DNA of 57,099 nucleotides from Promethearchaeota archaeon (GTDB lineage Archaea; Asgardarchaeota; Lokiarchaeia; Sigyniarchaeales; SOKP01): NCBI GenBank assembly GCA_018238625.1, contig JABCSY010000013.1, positions 1 to 57,099 of the forward strand, read 5' to 3'. Shown piece by piece: positions 50,176 to 57,099 of this stretch (position 1 is its first letter; each line of letters starts with the position of its first letter). The notes under the pieces were generated by a model. It saw only the letters and a program-made list of their open reading frames with translations, ran no database searches and was not told where the DNA came from. The position numbers and the translations under genes were made by a program.

Positions 50176-51648
50176 TTATAACTTATTGTTTGACTCTTGC
50201 ACTAAAATGCTAAAATTTTTGACCATTTCTTCCAAACTAGGAAAGTCTGGAAGATTATTCTTGCCTAATAGTTTTGATACTCTACGAACTTCCTTGTCTT
50301 CACCAACTAACCAAAAAAATATAGGTTTTGAAGAGTGATTAACATTATCTATTATTTGATCTAGATCGTTCATAGCCCTAAATTGTCTCGAGCAGAACAT
50401 CATGTTAAAAATTCCTTCGACATTGGGCTCACTTAACAATGTTTTATAAACATGGGTTGTTATAACATCAGGTCTTACTTGGTTCATCATAGCTTTTTCC
50501 ATTGCAGGCCAAATATCTATAAAAGCAAATCTATTCGGGGGCATCCAATCAGGAAACACTTCTACAAGCGCACTATAAGCTTTATCTCCTAGAATAGGAT
50601 AATTTAAACCGTATTTCATCGTTAGATCTGCCGTTATTGTGCCAGCACCTCCCGAACCGGCCACAAATGAAACATTTCCTTTTTTTGGTAGCATTTTACC
50701 AGTCTCATAAACAATTGAAAATGTCCGAGCAAATTGAAATAACTCGTAAAAACTATTGGCGTTGATTACGCCTGATTGTTTGATGATTCCATTGATCAAA
50801 CGCGAGTCTTCAGCTAAGGAACCTGTATGACTAAGGGTAGCCTTCTGCCCTTGTGGAGTTATTCCCCCTCTCAATAAGATTATTGTCTTATTAGGCATAG
50901 ATCTTACCTTTCTACAAAGTTCGATAAATTTTCTCGAATTTTTAAACGATTCTAGATATATTGCAATAACATTAACGGTATTATCTTTTATTAAGTACTC
51001 TAAGAATTCTATTTCGCTCAAATCCATTTTGTTTCCAATAGAACACGCATATCTATATCCTAAGTTGGGATATTTTGTCATAGCGTGCATTAGATATCCT
51101 CCATTTAACATCCCCGATTGACTAATTATTGCAATATTGCCCCTTTTAAAGTCATTAAAAACACCGAAACCAGAAAAAAAGGCTTCTTTTTCCTCACCAT
51201 CGCTATCTCCGTCGATAGTACTAAGACCCATGCAATTAGGTCCAACAATTCTTATTTTGGAAAAGTTTTCTGTAATTTCAATTATTTTTTCTTTTAATTT
51301 TATGCCTTTTTCACCGACCTCTTCGAATCCAGACGCTTCAATAATAGCCCCCTTTACGCCTTTTTTAATGCAATCCTTTAAAATGTCAGGAATAAATCGA
51401 TTTGGAACGTAAAAAATCGCAATCTCGACATCATCTTCAACATCCAAGATACTTTTTTTGAATTCTAAATCATATAGTTTACCTTCGGCATTTGGGTTAA
51501 CAAGATGAATTCTTCCTTTAAAATTGTTTGTTACAAGATTAGTAACGATCCGAAATCCACCTTTTACTAACTTTTTTGAGGCACCTATAACAGCTACAGA
51601 TTTTGGGTGTAAAAACACATCAATTATGTCCGTATTTACCAATACCAT
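50176..51648 (-). CDS. ADP-forming acyl-CoA synthetase alpha-subunit-like (CoA-binding) protein
   Basis: PKSVAVIGAS, GPNCMG, ISQSG, GNKMD and SHTGSLA (phospho-His). Confidence 0.88.
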   Translation of the reverse strand: MVLVNTDIIDVFLHPKSVAVIGASKKLVKGGFRIVTNLVTNNFKGRIHLVNPNAEGKLYDLEFKKSILDVEDDVEIAIFYVPNRFIPDILKDCIKKGVKGAIIEASGFEEVGEKGIKLKEKIIEITENFSKIRIVGPNCMGLSTIDGDSDGEEKEAFFSGFGVFNDFKRGNIAIISQSGMLNGGYLMHAMTKYPNLGYRYACSIGNKMDLSEIEFLEYLIKDNTVNVIAIYLESFKNSRKFIELCRKVRSMPNKTIILLRGGITPQGQKATLSHTGSLAEDSRLINGIIKQSGVINANSFYELFQFARTFSIVYETGKMLPKKGNVSFVAGSGGAGTITADLTMKYGLNYPILGDKAYSALVEVFPDWMPPNRFAFIDIWPAMEKAMMNQVRPDVITTHVYKTLLSEPNVEGIFNMMFCSRQFRAMNDLDQIIDNVNHSSKPIFFWLVGEDKEVRRVSKLLGKNNLPDFPSLEEMVKNFSILVQESNNKL

Positions 51649-51853
51649 ACCACTCGTTTTTTTGTTTAAGCTATAATCTTATTAATTAACTCTGAGCTAA
51701 CTTGTTGCTAAAGTAAAATCAATCTTGCTAGAAAAAGTATAGGAAAAGTTAAACTATTCGATATTAAACTATAATTCATTTATTAGTTCATACAAATTAT
51801 AGAAAACTCTCATAGTCATCTTTTTTATATTCAAGATAAAACATTCCAAAAGT

Positions 51854-52078
51854 ATGATGAAAAATATCGATTGGCAAAATTATAGACACCCCAAATTTCT
51901 ACAATCGTTAAACTTAACGTTAGACGAGCTCAAGATATTAAACTTATTTTTAAAACAAGGAAAGTTTGAAAGAGTAGATAAAATAGAAGCAAAGGAAGTC
52001 TCAAGGCTTCTTACCACTAGTAATAACCCAAATCCGTCAAATTATTACGCTAAAGAAAAGGTTGGCATAGATATATAA
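51854..52078 (+). CDS. Small hypothetical protein or gene fragment
   Basis: 74-aa ORF only. Confidence 0.35.
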   Translation: MMKNIDWQNYRHPKFLQSLNLTLDELKILNLFLKQGKFERVDKIEAKEVSRLLTTSNNPNPSNYYAKEKVGIDI

Positions 52079-52231
52079 TAAAATCTTCCGAATCTTAGCA
52101 ATAAATTTATCGGATCTTTAAATTGGGCATTAATTTCCTCTTATTAATTGTACGAGAAATAGAGAACATTTAAATCCATGTTTATTTATTATGTTCTCAG
52201 AGTTTAAAATAATCCTTATAAATTTAATAAA

Positions 52232-52483
52232 ATGACTGAAAGCAACGAAAGGATAAGAGAAAGGATTAATATCGCAGCTTATTATTTAACCCAAAAGAAT
52301 CACCCTTACGACACGCTCTGTTGGATGCTTGCTGAAAGACAACTGTATTTTCAGCAAAATTTTCAGAAACCGGAAAAAAATTTAATTAAAAAAAAGGCTG
52401 CCGAAATTTTTTTCTCAACCCCGCCATACGATGTTCTGTGTTGGTTAATATCTGAATTTGATGTAATTTTGAAGCTTAAATGA
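52232..52483 (+). CDS. Small protein with two internal repeats (DUF2934-like)
   Basis: INIAAYYL...PYDTLCWMLAE and IKKKAAEI...PYDVLCWLISE. Confidence 0.6.
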   Translation: MTESNERIRERINIAAYYLTQKNHPYDTLCWMLAERQLYFQQNFQKPEKNLIKKKAAEIFFSTPPYDVLCWLISEFDVILKLK

Positions 52484-52597
52484 GCTAAGAAGACTTCTAA
52501 ACCGTATTTTTTAATGTAAAAACTTTAATAACAATTGGTAATTTAGATATTTTGATTAACTTTTCAAAGACGAAATTTTCGCGTTTGGTTATTAAAA

Positions 52598-53806
52598 TTG
52601 AATTTATCCAAGTTTGGAATAGCATTTTTACTTCTGGCGCTCCGGATTAACAAACATATTAGAGGATACGTTGATTTTTATTTTGGTCCTGAAAATTTAA
52701 GAAAAATTGTTGACAACGAGTCTATAACATCGCCAAAAAAATTGTTATTAGACTCCAAAACTTTATTGAAACAGTTGGGGTCACAAGGATACGATAAAGA
52801 GCGTGAGCGGTACTTAGAAAAAATGCTTACAGCAATGAGGACTTCAATAGAATTGTTAATCGGAATCGAGATTTCTATTAAAGATCAATTTTTAAGGCTT
52901 TATGATGTAGATTTACAACCAGTTAACGAAGCTGAGTTGGATAATTTAAAAGAGGAATTTAATGAAGCATATCGAGGTCTTGGAAGTCTAGAAAAACGAA
53001 TGAACGATTTAAGAGTACGACGAACTGTTCCTGAGGGTAACGTATTTGAATTATTTAAGAAAGCTCTCAACATCACGAGAGAACGAACTAAAGAATTGTT
53101 TGTCGATCTCTTACATCAAAATGAGCACATTAATATAGAGCTAGTAAAATATAACAATAATAATGAAGCAAAATGGTCGTATTACAATTGGTACAAGGGT
53201 AATTTTTGTTCCCGAATAGAGGTTAATCCGAATTTTAACATTTATTGGACCGGATTTTTGTTTGTTGCCGCACATGAGGGTTATCCTGGACATCATACAG
53301 AATTTGTTGTCAAAGAACAGAAGTTATATCGCGAATTGAATCAGTTTGAACACTCAATACTACTGCTACATAACCCTAAATTAATCATCTCTGAAGGTAT
53401 AGCCGATTTAGCAGTGAGGATGCTTTTTTCCTATCGAGAAGAATCAGAAATTAGTTTACAAGAATTTTGTCTAGACCCATTAAAAGAAGATTCTCTTGAA
53501 GTATTGATTGCACAAAACAAGGTAAAAGGAAAAATATCGCTTTTTTGGTATAATTTTGCTTATCACGCTCTTATTGATAGATATAACAATGAGGAATTAA
53601 TGCGATATGGAAAAAATTTTGAAATTATTAACAAAGAAACTATAAAAAATCAACTCAAAAAAATCTCTAACCCAGTTTATTCAAAAAACGCTTTTATGTA
53701 TAACCTTGGAAGCAATATCATAAAACACAAGTACGGAAAGGTCCCTTCAGTTAAAAATTTTCGATATCTTCTCGTTAATCCAATTTTACCTTCAGATTTA
53801 ATATAA
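52598..53806 (+). CDS. DUF885-like zinc metallopeptidase-fold protein (copy B)
   Basis: AAHEGYPGHH and SEGIA; paralog of 4130..5332. Confidence 0.7.
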   Translation: MNLSKFGIAFLLLALRINKHIRGYVDFYFGPENLRKIVDNESITSPKKLLLDSKTLLKQLGSQGYDKERERYLEKMLTAMRTSIELLIGIEISIKDQFLRLYDVDLQPVNEAELDNLKEEFNEAYRGLGSLEKRMNDLRVRRTVPEGNVFELFKKALNITRERTKELFVDLLHQNEHINIELVKYNNNNEAKWSYYNWYKGNFCSRIEVNPNFNIYWTGFLFVAAHEGYPGHHTEFVVKEQKLYRELNQFEHSILLLHNPKLIISEGIADLAVRMLFSYREESEISLQEFCLDPLKEDSLEVLIAQNKVKGKISLFWYNFAYHALIDRYNNEELMRYGKNFEIINKETIKNQLKKISNPVYSKNAFMYNLGSNIIKHKYGKVPSVKNFRYLLVNPILPSDLI

Positions 53807-54124
53807 CACTTCATTATATACATCCAAGAATATATCTTATAATTTCATTCATTTTTCACTAGAGCGTCTAGCATTAAACTTGATGAGGTATAATATTTAG
53901 AATTGTTTTGACCTACATTTATAAAAAATTATTTTTAAAAATCCCCAAGAGCTTAAGTTGGTTATTTTATGCTAGTCACTTTTCATTTTTTTAGGAGTTT
54001 AAATAAATTTTGTTAAATTAATAAATAGTTTTGAAAAAACTAAATATAAATCATCCATTTTGGCTTCAAATTAAAAAGAAGAAGAAGTCAAATACATTTC
54101 AATAAACAAATTGAGTGAGAAAAA

Positions 54125-54157
54125 ATGCCTGGTCAAGACGGTTTTGTCCCATATTAG
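54125..54157 (+). CDS. Micro-ORF peptide MPGQDGFVPY
   Basis: ATG CCT GGT CAA GAC GGT TTT GTC CCA TAT TAG. GAGTGAG upstream, hairpin downstream. Confidence 0.58.
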   Translation: MPGQDGFVPY

Positions 54158-54198
54158 ATGTTTATTATTGAAACATCATATATTTTCCTTTCTTTTTT
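54157..54198 (+). terminator. Hairpin + pyrimidine tract after micro-ORF 2
   Basis: GATGTTT-attattg-AAACATC then TATTTTCCTTTCTTTTTT. Confidence 0.55.
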
Positions 54199-54303
54199 AA
54201 AATGAGTATTTTAAAAGTATAATGTAATATAATTAAATAGATCGGTTTCAAATTAAAGGAAAATGAGTTAAATTCTTTACAATTATTAAATGAAGGGAGC
54301 AAA

Positions 54304-54333
54304 ATGCCTGGTGAAATTGGAATAGTACCATAA
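54304..54333 (+). CDS. Micro-ORF peptide MPGEIGIVP
   Basis: ATG CCT GGT GAA ATT GGA ATA GTA CCA TAA. GGGAG upstream, hairpin downstream. Confidence 0.58.
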   Translation: MPGEIGIVP

Positions 54334-54336
54334 TTT

Positions 54337-54379
54337 GGTGTTTTTTTGTAAAAACATCACCTATTTTCCTTTCTTTTTT
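54337..54379 (+). terminator. Hairpin + pyrimidine tract after micro-ORF 3
   Basis: GGTGTTTTT-ttgt-AAAAACATC then TATTTTCCTTTCTTTTTT. Confidence 0.55.
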
Positions 54380-54543
54380 AAAATGTGTATTTTCATTGAA
54401 AAAAGATTGCCTACATCCATGAATATTCAGGTATCATATTAGATAACGCCTTTGCTAAATCTTTATCAAGAGTGATTCTTTTACAGTCATATTATATATA
54501 TCTTTAAATTAGACAACAACTTTACGTTTAAGAGTGAGAATAA

Positions 54544-55362
54544 TTGAATAAGAAATATTACGATGCAAACAAAGAACTCTGGGATGAGTTTGCGAGGTTA
54601 CATTATGAAACAGAAAGTGAGGATTACAGCGTAAAATCGTTTTTAGAAGGACAAACTACTTTAAAATCTTACGAATTGAAAGAAATGGGAAACGTGAAAG
54701 GAAAATCATTGTTGCATCTCCAATGTCATTTTGGTCTTGATACGCTTTCTTGGGCAAGAGAAGGGGCTACAGTTACAGGAATTGATATCTCCAGCGAAGG
54801 AATTCGATTAGCTAAATTACTCGCAAAGCAAACTAAACTTGAAGCTATTTTCATTGAATCGAATCTCTACGACTTGCCTAAGGTTCTATCTGAGAAATTT
54901 GATATTGTATATACCTCAATTGGAGTACTCTGTTGGCTAAATGATCTAAAGGAATGGGGAAAAATCATTACTCATTTCTTAAAACCAGGTGGATTCTTTT
55001 ACATAGCTGAAACTCATCCTTTTTCAATGGTTTTTGACGATCAAACCAAAGATATCAAAGAACTTCAAGTTTATTACAATTACTTCCACGATCCTAAACC
55101 TATGGAATTTATTGCAGATGGATCATATGCTTCAGATGAAATTAAAATTGAACCAAAAAAAGAATACGAATGGGCTCACAGTATGTCAGATATAATTAAT
55201 TCACTAATTGAAGCTGGTTTGAGAATTGAATTTCTAAATGAATACCCTTTTTCTACTTGGCAACAATTCCCGTTTGCTGAATGTGGACCCGATGGATTTT
55301 TTCGACTAAGAAATCAAAAAGCTGAAATTCCTCTTTTATTCACGTTAAAGGCTGTAAAATAG
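54544..55362 (+). CDS. Class I SAM-dependent methyltransferase
   Basis: LLHLQCHFGLDTLSWA, GIDIS, FDIVYTS and LKPGG. Confidence 0.9.
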   Translation: MNKKYYDANKELWDEFARLHYETESEDYSVKSFLEGQTTLKSYELKEMGNVKGKSLLHLQCHFGLDTLSWAREGATVTGIDISSEGIRLAKLLAKQTKLEAIFIESNLYDLPKVLSEKFDIVYTSIGVLCWLNDLKEWGKIITHFLKPGGFFYIAETHPFSMVFDDQTKDIKELQVYYNYFHDPKPMEFIADGSYASDEIKIEPKKEYEWAHSMSDIINSLIEAGLRIEFLNEYPFSTWQQFPFAECGPDGFFRLRNQKAEIPLLFTLKAVK

Positions 55363-55486
55363 CCTCAAAAGGAGATAATGAGAAAATTAAAAAGGACATA
55401 TCGATCTTAAATTTTACTATTATTTTCTTCTTACTTCTCAATTTCGCAACACTTACCGTCTGCTACTCATAAAAAAAAACAGAGAT

Positions 55487-55654
55487 TTAATAAGGTAGGA
55501 AATCCGACATCATACTAAACATAAGATCGTACATTACGGAAAATCCAAATATAAAGTACACAATGGTACCTACTATATAGATAACTATCGCAGCGATTGG
55601 TTTCCATTTTTGCTCGGTCTCGCTATATCCAATAATCCCGAGGATTAACCCCAT
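55487..55654 (-). pseudogene. Membrane-protein C-terminal fragment or small ORF
   Basis: Manual translation: MGLILGIIGYSETEQKWKPIAAIVIYIVGTIVYFIFGFSVMYDLMFSMMSDFLPY*. Confidence 0.4.
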
Positions 55655-56361
55655 TGAACCAGTGCCAGTTACAGCATATGTACCAAAAATACACGATCCC
55701 AGCGAAATGCGTAGAACAATCGAGATGGAACTATCGCAAAGGAAAAGGGTTTAAATCTTCCAGTACAAGACTACATCCCAATGTTGCTTACGAAGCCATA
55801 TCTTCTGTAGGTCAAGGCTCAGTTTGGAACGAAATCCAAGCGTATAGATCAGAAATGAAATATAACGGTAACATTGCCCCAACTCAGAGTTACCTAGAAA
55901 TGACCGAGAATATTGAAAAAGAAACGGTAAAAATTGTAAAATCGTTTAAAAATCTAGAAGATCAGTGTGGTATAGCTACTTTTATCAATGGCGAGTTTAT
56001 AGGTATAGAATTTTACGCAAACGCACAAGTATGGGAAGCAATGAGTAAAGACATACTTAAAGCGTTTGCGATCGAATCGCTGCGATTTAAAGATAAATCG
56101 TTTAACGAGAAATCAGAACTAAATGAGGTACAATTGATTACGGCTTTGCAGAGTTTAAAATTAAAATTCACTTCAAGAAAGGGCATTGGTCTTGGTGAAG
56201 TGGTCGAATTTGAATCGCAAGATAAAAAATGGCGAGGTAATACTCTTGTGCACGAAAATTCGTTAGTCCAGTTCTATATCGTTTCAAAAAGAGGAGGAAG
56301 CAGTAACCCTAATCAGCAAGAACAAGTTTTTCAAACGAATATAAGCCAAAGATATATATAA
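55654..56361 (+). pseudogene. ARPP-1/DUF6569-like protein, apparently N-terminally truncated
   Basis: IPAKCVEQSRW and QGSVWNEI motifs appear ~15 and ~55 aa from a weak TTG start. In intact members the first motif is normally internal. Confidence 0.5.
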
Positions 56362-56482
56362 TGTCCTAAAAGTAAGCATTAGATGTATTGAAACACAATA
56401 TTTCAATTTTTTTTTATTTTTTTCCATTTAAAATCACAATAAATAAGTATTATTTTAAGAATTATAAGTACACTCCCACCTA

Positions 56483-56818
56483 TTAACCAGAGATTACCAC
56501 AAAAAAAGCAAACATTACACCAAAATAGCAGATGAACAAAAAGGCACACAAAACTCCCGAAAGCCGAGCAACCCACACACCACCACGAACTATCAAGACA
56601 AGTCCAAACAATGCTAAAACCAACGAACCAACCACTATAACTAAAGCAATTACGAATATTAGGAAAAACCCCCCAATCGTCCCCAGGTTGCCCAAAATCC
56701 TACTGTCAAACAATGCAAAACGAATTCCCTCATTTAACAAAAAATAGACGCTAAAAAAAATCCCTAAAGTTACATACAACACACCAAACGTCCGATACTC
56801 GTTCTCGTTCTCGTTCAT
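56483..56818 (-). CDS. Hypothetical membrane protein (~3 TM)
   Basis: 111-aa hydrophobic ORF. Confidence 0.55.
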   Translation of the reverse strand: MNENENEYRTFGVLYVTLGIFFSVYFLLNEGIRFALFDSRILGNLGTIGGFFLIFVIALVIVVGSLVLALFGLVLIVRGGVWVARLSGVLCAFLFICYFGVMFAFFVVISG

Positions 56819-56927
56819 AATAAACGCGCTCTAACAATAGAATTAAAGGATATATAAGTATATAAATTTATGGAATTGAAACTCCGGAACACACTCCCAC
56901 CACCACACTTCTGAGCCCTTACTTCTT

Positions 56928-57098
56928 TTATTTTCGTAAAAGGTACCACTGTCTCACATTTGTCCCTGGAACAATCGCCTCTTCCATTACCTGAAAACCA
57001 AAGCGCTCGTAAAAAATTACATTTCTTTGAGTGGAAGTCTCAAGAAATATCGGCAAAGAATCCGTGGCCTTTTTTTCAATGAAATGTTCTATTAAGAG
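56928..57098 (-). CDS. GNAT family acetyltransferase (C-terminal part, runs off window)
   Basis: Manual translation: LLIEHFIEKKATDSLPIFLETSTQRNVIFYERFGFQVMEEAIVPGTNVRQWYLLRK*. Confidence 0.75.
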   Translation of the reverse strand, partial: LLIEHFIEKKATDSLPIFLETSTQRNVIFYERFGFQVMEEAIVPGTNVRQWYLLRK

Positions 57099-57099
57099 A

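Larger units (their letters stand above)
52555..54240 (+). repeat. Dispersed direct repeat, copy B
   Basis: Homologous to 4095..5705, with an extra ~60 bp just after the stop codon. Confidence 0.9.
54244..54392 (+). repeat. Tandem diverged copy of the ~180-bp micro-ORF unit (54062..54240)
   Basis: ggtttcaaattaaa...aaaatgcctggt...aaacatcac.tattttcctttcttttttaaaatg.gtattt; ATG-to-ATG spacing is 179 bp. Confidence 0.85.

Noticed and set aside
54062-54392. CRISPR array or MITE explanation for the repeated units
   Set aside because: The units are ~180 bp and diverged, with no repeat-spacer periodicity, terminal inverted repeats, target duplications, cas genes or transposase.
369-56747. Numerous short ORFs in the track that overlap larger genes (e.g. 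16413..16850, 23231..23632, 46126..46593, 41154..41764)
   Set aside because: Shadow ORFs on the opposite strand or in an alternate frame of well-supported genes, with no motifs.

Overview
AT-rich archaeal chromosome segment, most likely Asgard archaea (Lokiarchaeia-like). The evidence is archaeal core genes (cdc6, PolD DP1/DP2, rpoH/rpoB, TFE, MBF1, PAN, NAC, cbf5, rtcB+archease, carS, nrdD, mfnA, panB) mixed with eukaryotic-signature-type proteins: four small GTPases including roadblock/longin fusions, a longin-like protein and an OST5/TMEM258-like protein. There are three tRNA genes: Leu-GAG with C33, Thr-CGT with a canonical intron, and Lys-TTT with a T-loop intron. The most notable find is a ~1.6 kb cassette present twice, about 48 kb apart. 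It holds a DUF885-like HExxPGHH metallopeptidase gene followed by a conserved 9-10 codon micro-ORF (MPGQNGIGP, MPGQDGFVPY, plus a tandem third copy MPGEIGIVP), each with its own conserved terminator-like hairpin. This is a candidate peptide/peptidase system. Also notable is a free-standing, apparently splicing-dead intein (Hint + HNH + four zinc fingers) upstream of rtcB. All family assignments come from motif recognition by eye, not from database searches.
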